Assembly (NCBI GenBank): GCA_964500115.1
Contig: CAZCOX010000007.1
Span: 1-34,175, forward strand
Length of the DNA: 34,175 nucleotides
Direction: 5' to 3'
From: an uncultured Rhodobacterales bacterium
GTDB lineage: Bacteria; Pseudomonadota; Alphaproteobacteria; Rhodobacterales; Rhodobacteraceae
In this document: positions 1-10,326 of the stretch, in pieces
Layout: each line of letters starts with the position of its first letter
Position numbering within the stretch: the first letter of the stretch is position 1
Position numbers and translations under genes: made by a program
Notes under the pieces: generated by a model
What the model was told of the DNA's origin: nothing
The model's database searches: none
What the model saw: only the letters and a program-made list of their open reading frames with translations

Positions 1-1097
1 AAGTAGCGGCCCAGCATGGCGATCTCGTCATCGCCCTCTTCTTCAAGGACTTTTACATCCAGATCCCCTGCCCCGACGCGTTGTGCCGCACCCGTCAGGC
101 GGCCAACAGGTCGGCTGAGACGTTCGGCGAACCACAGCCCCAGCCACACGGCGGCAAGGATCAACAGGAACGCAAAGCCAAGATAGAGCAGCGCGAAGTC
201 AAACAGCACGCGACCCCGGTCGTTTTCCTGCTGCTGGTAGAACCGCGCGGTTTCTTGCGTGTCGTCCAGCAGGTTGAGGATCTGACCATCGACCTCTCGC
301 GTCACATACAGGTATCGGTCCGGGAACGCGCGCAAAGGTGTTAACGCGCGAAGTTCATTGTTGTCCCAGTCCTGCACCAGGGCGACGCCCGTTTCGTTCG
401 CCAGTGCAAAGATGTCCGGCGTCGGGCGCTCGTAGTCGAACAAGTAAGACCGCTCCCCACGCGCGCGGATTTCACCGGCACCATCAATGACATAAGCCTC
501 GCGCAAACCGCGCTGGATTTGTGCTTGGCCCTGACTCAGCGCCTGTCGCAATTCGCCGTCATCCATGATGAAGGTAGCCCGACGGTTGGCATCCAGAAAG
601 GCTGCGAGCGCGCGTGCGTCTTGTGTCAGGCCTTCGCGATGTTCTTCCTCGTAGGCCTCTGCCGCCGACAAAGACGCGCCGACAACATTGCGGACGCGTT
701 CAGAGAACCAAGTCTCAAGTCCGATATTGATGGTCAGAACGGCGAAAACAGCCACGGTGATCGTCGGTAAAAGCGCCATGAGCGCAAATGCGCCGGTCAG
801 GCGCAGGTGCAGGCGTGATCCGGCGGATTTTGCGCGGCGTGCGGCCACCATTTTGGCGACTCGGCTGAGCACGAGCGCAGCCAGCAGCAAAACGTAAATG
901 AGGTCGGCCAATAGGACGAGGCGCAGGTTCAGTTGCGCCCCAGCGCCGCTGTCGAGCGGGCCGAGCACCAGCACCGTTGCAATCGCCAAAACGGGGCCCA
1001 GAAGCACCAGGCCAAGGGTCATCGCGTTCTGAAAGCGCCGTTGGCGGCGCATTCGGACAAGTCTTGTCCACGTAAAGGAGCGTGCCCAGGTGGCCAC
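1..1097 (-). CDS. ntrY: Sensor histidine kinase NtrY, 5' part; runs off the left edge of the window
   Basis: Translated manually because it is absent from the ORF track: GTG at 1097 gives VATWARSFTWTRLVRMRRQRRFQNAMTLGLV..., followed by TM segments, RLHLRLTGAFALMALLPT and a HAMP-like region (GDLDVKVLEEEGDDEIAMLGR). Lies directly downstream of ntrC. Start codon approximate. Confidence 0.88.
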   Translation of the reverse strand, partial: MATWARSFTWTRLVRMRRQRRFQNAMTLGLVLLGPVLAIATVLVLGPLDSGAGAQLNLRLVLLADLIYVLLLAALVLSRVAKMVAARRAKSAGSRLHLRLTGAFALMALLPTITVAVFAVLTINIGLETWFSERVRNVVGASLSAAEAYEEEHREGLTQDARALAAFLDANRRATFIMDDGELRQALSQGQAQIQRGLREAYVIDGAGEIRARGERSYLFDYERPTPDIFALANETGVALVQDWDNNELRALTPLRAFPDRYLYVTREVDGQILNLLDDTQETARFYQQQENDRGRVLFDFALLYLGFAFLLILAAVWLGLWFAERLSRPVGRLTGAAQRVGAGDLDVKVLEEEGDDEIAMLGRY

Positions 1098-1196
1098 AGC
1101 CAACCCCCGCCTAGATGTGTCGCGCAGCCCGACTACCGCCATATCTTGTGGCCCAGACGCGCTGCGTCACCATCCGGGCACGATTATGTGGCAGTT

Positions 1197-2567
1197 TTAC
1201 ATCAATTTGCGGCGGCGTGTCACCTGAATATCCAGATCTGTGATCTTCTTTCTGAGCGTATTTCTGTTAATTCCCAGCAAATCAGCACATTTTGCCTGAT
1301 TTCCGCCGGTTGCCTCTAGGGCAATCTCGATCAGCGGTGCCTCAATCTCGCGCAAGATTCGCGGGTAGAGGCCCGGCGGTGGGAGCATTGTTCCATGCAG
1401 GTCGAAGTATCTGCGCAGGTGCCGAGCCACCGACGCGCTAAGCTTTTCGCTGTCGCCACCCCGCAAGACCGGGCCGGTTTCTGGCTGGTTGCCGAGCACG
1501 TTTTCCACTTCGGCGCGGCTGATCTCATCGGCGCGCGACGTCAGGCTCAAGCGGCGGACAACGTTTTCGAGCTGCCGCACATTGCCGGGCCAGCTGTAGG
1601 CACGGAACAGATCGGCGGCATCTTCGGACAGCCACCGTTTCGCCCCGCCATCCCGTTCGGTGCGCGTCAGGAAATGTTCGCTGAGCAGCGCGATGTCGTC
1701 CACGCGTTCGCGCAGCGATGGCACAGCAATGGTTGCACCGCTGATCCGGTAGTAGAGATCCTCGCGGACGCCGCTGTTGGAAATGCCCTGCCCCGGATCG
1801 GTTTGGCTGGTGGCGACAAAGCGCGGCACGTGTTCGCCGGGGCCGTCCATCATCCGCACGATGCGCGCCTGCACCTCGTCCGGGATGTCAGCCAGTTCGT
1901 CGATCAAGAGCGTGCCGCCCCGGACCCGCGCCAGAATACGTGCGGGGCCTTCGATATCGGCCAGATCGCTACCGGTGACCGTGACAAAGGGTAAAGAGCG
2001 GCGATCCGAGAAGTCGTGCAGCGCGCGGGCAATGAGGGATTTGCCTGTGCCGGACTCGCCGCAAACCAGAACCGGCAGATCGGTGTTCATCACGCGCGCA
2101 ACCAGACGGTACAGCGCCTGCATGGCGGGTGTTTTGCCAATCAGTGGCAGATCGTCGGGCGCATCGTCCGGCGTCATGTCCGTTGTGGGCCGCGGCGCGC
2201 GCATGCGGGAGTCGAGCGCCTTTGCCGTGCGCTTCATCAGATCCGGCAGGTCGAACGGTTTCGGCAAGTAGTCGTAAGCCTCGGCCTCGGCCGCCTGAAT
2301 GGCCGTCATGATGGTGTTTTGGGCAGAGATCACGATGACCGGGAGTTCAGGGCGGTCCTGCGAGATTTTCGGCAGCATCTCTAAACCGTTGCCATCCGGC
2401 ATGACGACGTCAGAGATCACCACGTCACCTTTGCCTTCCGCCACCCAGCGCATGAGCGTGGTCAGGGACGAGGTGGCGTGCACCTTACAGCCCGCGCGGG
2501 TCAAGGCCTGGGTCAATACCGTTCTGATCGTGCGATCGTCATCAGCAACAAGGACCGTTCCGTCCAT
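1197..2567 (-). CDS. ntrC: Nitrogen regulation response regulator NtrC (REC-AAA+-Fis HTH)
   Basis: [11 protein letters not shown] receiver with DVVMP phosphoacceptor, Walker [27 protein letters not shown]-terminal [21 protein letters not shown]. The ATG at 2567 overlaps the ntrB stop (TGATG). Confidence 0.95.
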   Translation of the reverse strand: MDGTVLVADDDRTIRTVLTQALTRAGCKVHATSSLTTLMRWVAEGKGDVVISDVVMPDGNGLEMLPKISQDRPELPVIVISAQNTIMTAIQAAEAEAYDYLPKPFDLPDLMKRTAKALDSRMRAPRPTTDMTPDDAPDDLPLIGKTPAMQALYRLVARVMNTDLPVLVCGESGTGKSLIARALHDFSDRRSLPFVTVTGSDLADIEGPARILARVRGGTLLIDELADIPDEVQARIVRMMDGPGEHVPRFVATSQTDPGQGISNSGVREDLYYRISGATIAVPSLRERVDDIALLSEHFLTRTERDGGAKRWLSEDAADLFRAYSWPGNVRQLENVVRRLSLTSRADEISRAEVENVLGNQPETGPVLRGGDSEKLSASVARHLRRYFDLHGTMLPPPGLYPRILREIEAPLIEIALEATGGNQAKCADLLGINRNTLRKKITDLDIQVTRRRKLM

Positions 2568-3673
2568 CAGCGTGACTCCTTTTGTTTGCGTGGGGCTTGG
2601 GGGAGAGAAATGCGAAAGCGGGTTTTGCCGGGCACAGAATCCACGGCGATCCATCCGTCATGGTCAGAGATGATTTTGCTGACGAGCGCGAGGCCAAGGC
2701 CGGTGCCGTTTTCCTTGCCCGAAACGAAGGGATCAAAGATGTCGCCCTTGATTTCGGGTGGCAGCCCGGGGCCGTCATCGATCACTTCGACCTGGAGCGG
2801 CAGTGACTGGCCGGAGCCGTCAGCGCGGCGAAGGCTGTAGCTGTGTTCGTAATAGGTGTGCAGGCGGATTTTGCCACCTGTTTTGGGGTCAGCCGCTTCG
2901 GAGGCGTTTTTGACGAGGTTCATAAAGACCTGGAGCAATTGATCGCCATCCCCGACAGCCATGGGTAGCGACGGATCATAATCCTCGATGATCTTCATAT
3001 GCGCGCCGAAACCCAGCAATGCCGAACGACGGACGCGGTCGAGCACGTCATGCAGGTTGACGGGCACGCGCTCGGGTTCGGACAGGTTGCCGAATTGTTC
3101 GACCTGCCCCAGCAGCTTCACGATACGGCGGGTTTCGGCAACGATGAGGTCTGTGAGTTCCAGATCGCCGTTGGTCAGGTTCATACTGAGCAACTGCGCG
3201 GCGCCGGTGATGCCTGCGAGTGGGTTCTTGATCTCGTGCGCCAGCATTTCGGCCATGCCGATGGCGGATTTGGCGGCGGATTTAACCGATTGGCTTTGAT
3301 TGACGCGACCCGCCAGTTCGCGCGGGCTGATCAGGAAGATCATGCAACCTTCGTGGCCTTGCAAAGGTGCGATCTGAAGGTTGCAGACCAGCGGCGGTCG
3401 CGAGCCGGTTCCGATGTCGACGTCGTTGACAAAAAGCGGTGTGCCGTTAGCGCGCGCTCGGGCGAGGCTTTTTTCAAGCGGCGCGTCGACTGTCAGACGA
3501 TCCCAGATCGGCTGTCCGCGCAACCATTTGACCGAGTTGTTCATAAACCCTTCTGCGGCGGGGTTCATATCAAGGATGTTTTGGTCGGCATCGATGACAA
3601 TGGCCGGAGCCGGCAATGACGACCAGATCGCCCCCTCATCCACGTGTACAGGTTCGACGGGTTTCCGGGTCAT
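2567..3673 (-). CDS. ntrB: Nitrogen regulation sensor kinase NtrB (PAS-HisKA-HATPase)
   Basis: H-box [13 protein letters not shown]-box NLVKNA, DDGPG, GTGLGL; lies between dusB and ntrC. Confidence 0.95.
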   Translation of the reverse strand: MTRKPVEPVHVDEGAIWSSLPAPAIVIDADQNILDMNPAAEGFMNNSVKWLRGQPIWDRLTVDAPLEKSLARARANGTPLFVNDVDIGTGSRPPLVCNLQIAPLQGHEGCMIFLISPRELAGRVNQSQSVKSAAKSAIGMAEMLAHEIKNPLAGITGAAQLLSMNLTNGDLELTDLIVAETRRIVKLLGQVEQFGNLSEPERVPVNLHDVLDRVRRSALLGFGAHMKIIEDYDPSLPMAVGDGDQLLQVFMNLVKNASEAADPKTGGKIRLHTYYEHSYSLRRADGSGQSLPLQVEVIDDGPGLPPEIKGDIFDPFVSGKENGTGLGLALVSKIISDHDGWIAVDSVPGKTRFRISLPQAPRKQKESR

Positions 3674-4653
3674 GCTGCCTGCCGCGCGTCTGACATCAGG
3701 GCATCGGGCAGGTTTGCGATCACCGACGCGGGGTCTTTGGTGGTGAGGATTGTCTTGCGTAATGCGGTCGGCGTTGCGGCCTCGTCCATGTACCAGCCAA
3801 GATGTTTGCGCGCGACGCGGTTGCCGAGGTCGGAGCCATAGAAAGACAGAATCGCCTCATAGTGTGCGGACACCATGTCAACGAAAGCGTAGCCGGTCGG
3901 AATATCGGGGCGCTTCGTGCCAAACACATCTGCCGCGATTTCCGCCAAAGCCCACGGGCGGCCCTGCGCGCCGCGCCCGACCATGATGCCGTCTGCTCCG
4001 CTGTCTTTGAGCGCCTGGCGGGCGGTTGCGGTGTCAACGATATCGCCGTTGGCGATGACCGGAATCGAAACGGCGTCCTTAATTGGGCGAATGGCCGACC
4101 AGTTGGCGCGGCCTTTGTAGAATTGGCAGCGCGTCCGTCCGTGGATGACGATCATTGATACGCCGATGCCTTCGGCGCGGACGGCCAGATCAGCTGCATT
4201 AAGCGACGCGTCGTCCCAACCGAGGCGGGTTTTAAGAGTGACCGGTACGTCTACCGCACCCACCACGGCCTCAATCAGAGTGCAGGCATGATCCAGATCG
4301 CGCAGCAAAGCCGAGCCGGAATACCCGCCCACCACCTTTTTCGCCGGACACCCCATGTTAATGTCAATGACGCGGGCACCCATGGCTTCGACCATGCGGG
4401 CCGCTTCGGCCATCGCGTCGGCAGACCGTCCTGCCAATTGCACGGACGTGTTTTCAATGGAGGCCCCGAGTTCGGCTTTTTCGCGAGTGCCCGGCCGTTT
4501 GGTAAGAAACTCGCCGCTTGCGATCATTTCGGATACGACGCGGCCTGCGCCAAACCTGGATACCAGATTGCGAAACGGCAGATCTGTGATGCCCGCCAAA
4601 GGTGCCAAAAGCACTGGCGGTGACATCGGAAAATCAGCGCGGATCGAAGCCAA
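3670..4653 (-). CDS. dusB: tRNA-dihydrouridine synthase DusB (NifR3)
   Basis: LAPLAGITD, DINMGCPAKKV, IHGRTR, ANGDI and MVGRG motifs; classic nifR3-ntrB-ntrC order. Start uncertain: TTG 4653 after AAGGA is preferred, ATG 4680 or 4626 are possible. Confidence 0.92.
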   Translation of the reverse strand: MASIRADFPMSPPVLLAPLAGITDLPFRNLVSRFGAGRVVSEMIASGEFLTKRPGTREKAELGASIENTSVQLAGRSADAMAEAARMVEAMGARVIDINMGCPAKKVVGGYSGSALLRDLDHACTLIEAVVGAVDVPVTLKTRLGWDDASLNAADLAVRAEGIGVSMIVIHGRTRCQFYKGRANWSAIRPIKDAVSIPVIANGDIVDTATARQALKDSGADGIMVGRGAQGRPWALAEIAADVFGTKRPDIPTGYAFVDMVSAHYEAILSFYGSDLGNRVARKHLGWYMDEAATPTALRKTILTTKDPASVIANLPDALMSDARQAA

Positions 4654-4747
4654 TGGTGAAATCCTTGGTTCTAATGCCATTGAGCTACGCCGTGGCAGGC
4701 CGTCGTTCAATGGTAGACGCCTCAAAAACAGACCAACTTGACCGAAG

Positions 4748-4764
4748 TGCCTATTTTTTAATCA
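4748..4764. promoter_or_regulatory. Putative NtrC-binding site upstream of dusB-ntrBC
   Basis: TGCCTATTTTTTAATCA, a 17-bp TGC-(AT-rich)-NCA resembling the NtrC box, in the dusB/ispF divergent intergenic region. Imperfect match. Confidence 0.35.
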
Positions 4765-4828
4765 ACCCCACCGGGGTGATTGCGCAGCGCCCTGACAGCG
4801 CATAGACCCAACGCGACGACAGCCGGAG

Positions 4829-5314
4829 ATGGTGATGAAAATTCGATTGGGCAATGGCTATGACGTTCACCGCTTTGGACCGGGCGATCATGTCATTCTG
4901 TGCGGTGTGAAAATCCCTCATGATCAGACCCTTATGGGTCATTCCGATGCGGATGTCGCGATGCATGCCGTCACAGACGCGATTTACGGCGCCTTGGCAC
5001 AAGGGGATATCGGACGTCATTTTCCGCCGTCCGATCCACAATGGAAGGGCGCGGCGAGCGACATTTTTTTGAGCCACGCTGCACAACTTATGCGCACCAT
5101 GGGGTTTGAAATTTCAAACGTAGACTGCACGATTGTGTGCGAATATCCCAAAATTGGGCCTCATGCAGACGCGATGCAGCGCAAGATGGCTGACATCATG
5201 GCGATTGATGTGGCCAACATCTCGGTCAAGGCCACGACATCGGAAAGACTTGGCTTCACGGGTCGTGGTGAAGGGATTGCCGCGATTGCCACAGCGGCTT
5301 TGATCGCGACATGA
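4829..5314 (+). CDS. ispF: 2-C-methyl-D-erythritol 2,4-cyclodiphosphate synthase, stand-alone (no IspD domain)
   Basis: [50 protein letters not shown]. Confidence 0.95.
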   Translation: MVMKIRLGNGYDVHRFGPGDHVILCGVKIPHDQTLMGHSDADVAMHAVTDAIYGALAQGDIGRHFPPSDPQWKGAASDIFLSHAAQLMRTMGFEISNVDCTIVCEYPKIGPHADAMQRKMADIMAIDVANISVKATTSERLGFTGRGEGIAAIATAALIAT

Positions 5315-5802
5315 TGAGGTTGATCGCGACCTTCTTTGGTGTCGGCCTGTTGCGCCCGGCCCCGGGCACTTGGGGGTCCCTGGCGGCGTTGCCTGTGGCT
5401 TATGGCATTCTGAGCTTCGGCGGGTTCTGGCTTTTGCTAAACTTTACGATCTTTGCTTTCATCTCGGGCTACATGGCGACACAGGCAGTGACGAAAGGCC
5501 AAGAGGACCACGACCCGTCCTACGTTGTCATTGACGAGGTTGTCGGTCAGTGGATCGCATTGTTTCCAGTCGCTTACGGCGCGATGGCGATGGGCGCGGA
5601 GCTGTCGAAACTTTGGCCGGGTTGGATCGCGGCGTTCATTTTGTTCCGGCTGTTCGACATCTGGAAGCCCTGGCTTGTCGGAAAGGCAGACGCGCGAAAC
5701 GATGCGATGGGCGTGATGTTGGATGACGTGATTGCTGGTGTGTTTGCGGCGGTCGGCGTGATAGCCCTCGCGGCCCTCGCGCATCTGGTGATCTTGGCAT
5801 GA
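5311..5802 (+). CDS. pgpA: Phosphatidylglycerophosphatase A
   Basis: [40 protein letters not shown]; membrane protein; 4-bp overlap with ispF. Confidence 0.93.
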   Translation: MMRLIATFFGVGLLRPAPGTWGSLAALPVAYGILSFGGFWLLLNFTIFAFISGYMATQAVTKGQEDHDPSYVVIDEVVGQWIALFPVAYGAMAMGAELSKLWPGWIAAFILFRLFDIWKPWLVGKADARNDAMGVMLDDVIAGVFAAVGVIALAALAHLVILA

Positions 5803-6299
5803 CAACGCTGGCGGAACAGCTTTTGGAATTGGCCGTAAAACTTGGTGCAACCGTGACGACAGCTGAAAGCTGCACGGGCGGGATGGTCGCCGCTGCGATA
5901 ACAGATGTTGCTGGATCGTCTGCAATCTTTGAACGCGGTTTCGTGACCTATTCGAACGTGGCAAAGCAGCAGATGCTTGGCGTCAGCGAAGCGAGTTTGG
6001 ACACCCATGGTGCCGTGTCCGAGGAAGTTGCCGCCGAAATGGCCCGCGGTGCGCGCGAGGCGGCTGGCGCATCAGTAGCGGTGTCCATCACCGGCATCGC
6101 GGGACCGGGCGGGTCAGAGTTCAAGCCGGAAGGTCGTGTGTGTTTTGGGATATACGACGGGGAAACTGTGATGACTGAGACCGTCGAGTTCGGCGCATTG
6201 GGCCGCGCTCAGGTCAGGATTGCGGCACGGGATCATGCACTGCGTGTGCTGATTGCCGCACTCTCTAAAAACGGGGGGCCGGGCCGGCCTGGCATTTGA
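5799..6299 (+). CDS. cinA: CinA/PncC family nicotinamide-nucleotide amidohydrolase
   Basis: AESCTGG, GSS, TYSN, HGAVSEEVAAEMA, SITGIAGPGG. Confidence 0.92.
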   Translation: MTTLAEQLLELAVKLGATVTTAESCTGGMVAAAITDVAGSSAIFERGFVTYSNVAKQQMLGVSEASLDTHGAVSEEVAAEMARGAREAAGASVAVSITGIAGPGGSEFKPEGRVCFGIYDGETVMTETVEFGALGRAQVRIAARDHALRVLIAALSKNGGPGRPGI

Positions 6300-7649
6300 T
6301 CAGAGCCAATCCTTTGGCTGCGCATGCGAACCCGCCCTTTTCGTTTTTTGCCCCGACGACATTTCGTTCATCAATCCCGACAACGGCTGTCCGGTTGAAA
6401 TATTGGTCCACACCCGTTCCGCGGCCACAGCGCCCAGCAGGGCGCGTGATTTTTCAATGACGCGAGATCGGCGGTCTTCCAATTGCATTGGCGTGTTCAA
6501 ATCGAACTGCGCCGAAGCTTCGGTTCCGTCCTGCAGAGTCACACGCACGCGCGCCCCGGTTTCCGAAACCGCGTCGTCTGCCGTGACATGGACCTTTGCC
6601 CGCAGCGCCTCTATTTTGGGGTCCGCACAGACCGCGTCGGAAAAGCTGTCGAGCTTTGCCGTCGAATAGCCCAGCAAGGCCATCGCCGTGACCATTGTGT
6701 AGCTGAACTTCGCGCCCAGTCCGGTGGTTGGGGCCACCTGATGGCACACAGTCATCCAGCGCGGATGCGAGGTGATATCAATGCGGGCGATGGTGTCCGG
6801 GGCGATCTCAGGCAAACATGCCAGCGCTTCGAGGGTTGCGTGCAGCCCGTGGCAGCAGGCGTGGAACTTGTGGCTGACGGTTTCGAACAGCCAATCGGTG
6901 CCGAGCGTATCAAACGCCGACAAATCGCCCGCGCCCGCGTGGGTGTCGCCAAATCCCGACGTGTCTTCGAGCGCGGTTGGATTGGATTGAAACCCGAGGC
7001 CGGTCAACGTCGCCGACTCCACCCCATTGGCGGCGGCCATCCCTGCGTTGAAGGGTTTGCCCATGGTTCCAAATTGCGCTTTGAGGCCCGAGGCACGGGT
7101 GGCGGTCAGTCCAAAGGCGTGCGCGGTTTGCGCAGCGTTCAGCCCCATCAATCGCGCGCACGCTGCCGTTGCGCCGAAAGCGCCCGCCGTCGCGGTTTGA
7201 TGAAAACCGGTTTGGTAGTGACTGCGGCCAAGCCAAAGACCAACGCGAATGGAGGTTTCCATTCCGATGAGCGCGGCTTCAAGAAAGTCTGTGAACGACG
7301 CGCCCTCGCGTTCGGCAACGGCAATGGCTGCTGGAAAGACTGCCACGCTGGGATGGCCGATATGGCCGAAATGCGTGTCGTCATAGTCGAGCGCATGACT
7401 GGCCGTGCCGTTTGCCAAAGCCGCCGCACGCGCGGGCAGTTTGGTGCAGTGGCCAAATAGGCTGGCCTGTGCCGCGCCACCCTCGGAAACAACCATGTCG
7501 CGGCAGATTTGTGCGACCGGTTCATCGCAGCCTGCGATTCCGACAGTGATCCAATCAAGGAGAGACAGCCGCGCGACCGCAAGTGCCGTTTGGGCGGAGG
7601 CCATATCCGCCTCGGTCACGAAATCGGCAAGGCGCGCTGTGACGCGCAT
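6300..7649 (-). CDS. MmgE/PrpD family protein
   Basis: NGTASHALDYDDTH, GHPS, GFHQT, FGTMGKP, KFHACCHGLH, AKFS. The ATG at 7649 overlaps the upstream stop (TAATG). Confidence 0.88.
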   Translation of the reverse strand: MRVTARLADFVTEADMASAQTALAVARLSLLDWITVGIAGCDEPVAQICRDMVVSEGGAAQASLFGHCTKLPARAAALANGTASHALDYDDTHFGHIGHPSVAVFPAAIAVAEREGASFTDFLEAALIGMETSIRVGLWLGRSHYQTGFHQTATAGAFGATAACARLMGLNAAQTAHAFGLTATRASGLKAQFGTMGKPFNAGMAAANGVESATLTGLGFQSNPTALEDTSGFGDTHAGAGDLSAFDTLGTDWLFETVSHKFHACCHGLHATLEALACLPEIAPDTIARIDITSHPRWMTVCHQVAPTTGLGAKFSYTMVTAMALLGYSTAKLDSFSDAVCADPKIEALRAKVHVTADDAVSETGARVRVTLQDGTEASAQFDLNTPMQLEDRRSRVIEKSRALLGAVAAERVWTNISTGQPLSGLMNEMSSGQKTKRAGSHAQPKDWL

Positions 7650-8098
7650 TATGATGTACCGTAAAGCTCTGCCGCGCGACGTTCGAACGCGCGGACGATG
7701 CGTTGCATGGCCTCGTAAAAGAACATGCCAGCAGCCCCTTGCAAGATGCGGTTCTTGAATTCGAAATCGACAAAGAAGGTGACCTCGACACCCTCCTCCA
7801 CGTCTTTGAACGCCCAATTCGAATGCATGTGCTTGAAGGGCCCGTCGAGGTATTCAGTGTCGATCTTGCGCGCCTCAGGCCAGAGCACAACGCGGCTGCC
7901 GAACCGTTCACGAAAAACTTTGAAGCTGATCACCAGATCGGCCAGCATCTCTTCATGGTCTCCGCGATCCTCGCGCGAACGGATGCGCGCTGCCGCCGTC
8001 CACGGCAGGAACTTTGGATAGTTCGCGACGTCCGCGACCAGGTCGTACATCTGTTCTGCACTGTAGGGCAGAATCCGCGTTTCGGAATGTGTTGGCAT
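7649..8098 (-). CDS. RatA/PasT/Coq10 START-domain protein
   Basis: [33 protein letters not shown] ... DGPFK ... AFERRA. Confidence 0.9.
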   Translation of the reverse strand: MPTHSETRILPYSAEQMYDLVADVANYPKFLPWTAAARIRSREDRGDHEEMLADLVISFKVFRERFGSRVVLWPEARKIDTEYLDGPFKHMHSNWAFKDVEEGVEVTFFVDFEFKNRILQGAAGMFFYEAMQRIVRAFERRAAELYGTS

Positions 8099-8169
8099 CT
8101 GCTCTTTGTTTTGACCGTGACAGTGGCGGGGGATGTCGTATTCTGCGCGCAAAAAATCAAGGGATTTCT

Positions 8170-8712
8170 ATGACCAAGCGTCCATATGTCATCGACGAAA
8201 TGATCTCGGCCAAGGCGATTGCCGCGCGCATCGAAGAATTGTGCGTCGCCATTCGCAAAGAGTTTCAGGATACGGACAAGCTGGTTGTTGTCGGGCTTCT
8301 GCGGGGCAGTTTCGTGTTTATCGCCGATCTGGTGCGGGAACTGGATCTGCCGGTGGAGGTCGATTTCCTTGAGGCCTCGTCTTACGGCGACGCAATGGAA
8401 TCGAGCCGCGAAGTGCGCATCCTGAAAGACCTGCGCGGCCAGATTGAGGGGCGTGATGTACTGGTGGTCGAGGATATCGTCGATACAGGCCACACGCTGA
8501 AACATGTGGTGGGGTTGCTTGAATCGCGCGAGCCGGGGCGGCTGAAAACCATTGCGCTGCTCGACAAGCCATCACGGCGCGAAACAGATGTGGCAGCAGA
8601 TTGGATCGGGTTTTCAATCCCGGATGAATTTGTCGTGGGTTACGGCATCGACTACGCGCAACGCAATCGTAACCTACCCTATATTGGCAAGGTGCGCTTC
8701 CCGGACGTATGA
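8170..8712 (+). CDS. hpt: Hypoxanthine phosphoribosyltransferase
   Basis: [21 protein letters not shown]-binding [37 protein letters not shown] at 8170. Confidence 0.95.
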   Translation: MTKRPYVIDEMISAKAIAARIEELCVAIRKEFQDTDKLVVVGLLRGSFVFIADLVRELDLPVEVDFLEASSYGDAMESSREVRILKDLRGQIEGRDVLVVEDIVDTGHTLKHVVGLLESREPGRLKTIALLDKPSRRETDVAADWIGFSIPDEFVVGYGIDYAQRNRNLPYIGKVRFPDV

Positions 8713-8894
8713 ACTGGCTTCAGCTTCTCCGCATGGCGCGGTGGGTGCGAAACCCGCCAAGTGCCAAACGTGTGAAGTTTGGGTTTGCCGTTGTTGCGCT
8801 GTGCCTGACACTTTTTGCAATCGAACGCTGGATCGGGTGGCCGGATTGGATGTCTGTGGACGCAACCCGTGTTCCGAACCGGGTGGTTCGTTAA
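8709..8894 (+). CDS. Small membrane protein (61 aa), hypothetical
   Basis: ATGA overlap with the hpt stop; one hydrophobic segment ([15 protein letters not shown]); WVRNPPS and GWPDW pattern; fills the gap up to the LysR stop. Confidence 0.7.
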   Translation: MNWLQLLRMARWVRNPPSAKRVKFGFAVVALCLTLFAIERWIGWPDWMSVDATRVPNRVVR

Positions 8895-8898
8895 CCAG

Positions 8899-9759
8899 TT
8901 ATGCCCTTCCGGCCAGCGGATCCCTGAACGGTACAAAAAGCTTTTCAATCGAGTCTGCCACCAGACGCAGCTTTTCACTGCCAAAGAGGTCGCGGTGATA
9001 CGCAATCCAAATCGGCACTTCGAAGTCCGGCGCGCCGGATGGCACCCGTTGAAGATCAGGGTGCGCGTCACCCAGAAGGCATGGTAAGAACACCCTGCCC
9101 TGACCAAGCGCCGCCATATCCCGCAGCACCATGAAACTGTCGGCGCTTGCCAGAATCTGATCTGTGTTGATCTCTTTGGAGACCCATGTTGCGGGCAACG
9201 CGTTCGCAAGCGGCCCAGCGAGGCCAAGCCATTTGTCAGATGACGCAGACCGGGCATAGGCGTCGAACCTCATCGTTGCGATCTGGCGTCCAACAAGATC
9301 GTCCGGGATGTCGCGTGCCGGTTTGATCGCGACATCCGCGCGCAAGCGGGACAGATCAAGATGGGCGTTTGAGCTGAGGATCGACAGCTTGTCGGGCAGA
9401 ATTTTGCGCGCAAGTGCCGGGTAAATCGTTGGTAGAATCGTGTGACACAGGGTGTCGGTCGATGTGATCCGAATTGTGGAGGCGGCCTGCGCCGCGTCTC
9501 CGCGCATCAGGTTCTCGGCGGTTTTGACGCTTTGCGCGGCGCGTCGGGCGGCTTCGATCACTTGTACGCGATCTTGCCGCAGCCTGTAGCCAGACTTGCC
9601 ACGCTCAAACACAGGGCCACCGCATTCGTTCTCGAACGACGTCACGCGTCGCAAAACCGTTGCATGGTTAACGCCCAAGTTCTTTGCGGCTGCGCTGACA
9701 GACCCGGCTTCTGCGACCGCCAGAACGAAGCGCAGATCGTCCCAATTCAGCTTGTGCAT
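8899..9759 (-). CDS. LysR-family transcriptional regulator
   Basis: NWDDLRFVLAVAEAGSVSAAAKNLGVNHATVLRR wHTH; DLSRLRADVAI; divergent from the cytochrome genes. Confidence 0.92.
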   Translation of the reverse strand: MHKLNWDDLRFVLAVAEAGSVSAAAKNLGVNHATVLRRVTSFENECGGPVFERGKSGYRLRQDRVQVIEAARRAAQSVKTAENLMRGDAAQAASTIRITSTDTLCHTILPTIYPALARKILPDKLSILSSNAHLDLSRLRADVAIKPARDIPDDLVGRQIATMRFDAYARSASSDKWLGLAGPLANALPATWVSKEINTDQILASADSFMVLRDMAALGQGRVFLPCLLGDAHPDLQRVPSGAPDFEVPIWIAYHRDLFGSEKLRLVADSIEKLFVPFRDPLAGRA

Positions 9760-9858
9760 AATTTCGGACCCCGTCTGCGAAAACGAACAATTATTTTGCG
9801 CAACCTGCGGTGCATACTAGGTCAAGTCGTACATCATTATTCCGGGAGTTTGACGAAC

Positions 9859-10320
9859 ATGAAACCATTAAAGGCGGCAATTGCAGCCACGGCCATGATT
9901 TCTGGCACAGTTGTTTACGCGCAAGATGATTTTTCCGCGCAACTGAAAGCCCGCCAGGGGCAAATGCGCATCATGGCGATCAATCTTGGTATTCTTGGCG
10001 GCATGGCGCGCGGGAATATCGAATACAACGCGGACGCAGCTCAGGCTGCGGCGGACTCGCTTGCTGGCGTAGCGATGATCAACCAAGGCCCGCTCTGGCC
10101 CGAGGGCTCGGGAGAAGACGCCATCAACGGCACGATCGCCCTGCCCGCGATCTGGACCGACAATGCCGGCTTTATGGAGCGCTGGGCCGCTTTCCAGGAT
10201 GGCGCAGCGGCGCTGCAGGCGGGCGCGAGTGGCGGTCAGGCGGCGCTTGGACCGTTGATGGGTCAGATTGGTGGGGCGTGCCAAGCCTGCCACGAAAAGT
10301 TCCAGCGCGCGTCGAACTGA
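9859..10320 (+). CDS. Class II cytochrome c (cytochrome c'/c556)
   Basis: Signal peptide, ARQGQM, ALPAIW, C-terminal heme motif CQACHEKF; GGGAG RBS upstream of ATG 9859. Confidence 0.9.
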   Translation: MKPLKAAIAATAMISGTVVYAQDDFSAQLKARQGQMRIMAINLGILGGMARGNIEYNADAAQAAADSLAGVAMINQGPLWPEGSGEDAINGTIALPAIWTDNAGFMERWAAFQDGAAALQAGASGGQAALGPLMGQIGGACQACHEKFQRASN

Positions 10321-10326
10321 TCGGAC

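Noticed and set aside
2568-2654. N-terminal extensions in the ORF track for ntrC (likewise PrpD to 7817, hpt from 8014, cytochrome from 9442, ATPase from 21753, TetR from 25741)
   Set aside because: They overlap neighbouring genes; downstream ATGs with an RBS or stop/start coupling match the family N-termini.
7649-8098. RatA as a type II toxin-antitoxin system
   Set aside because: No RatB/RnfH partner is adjacent, and the family is now regarded as Coq10-like ubiquinone-binding proteins.
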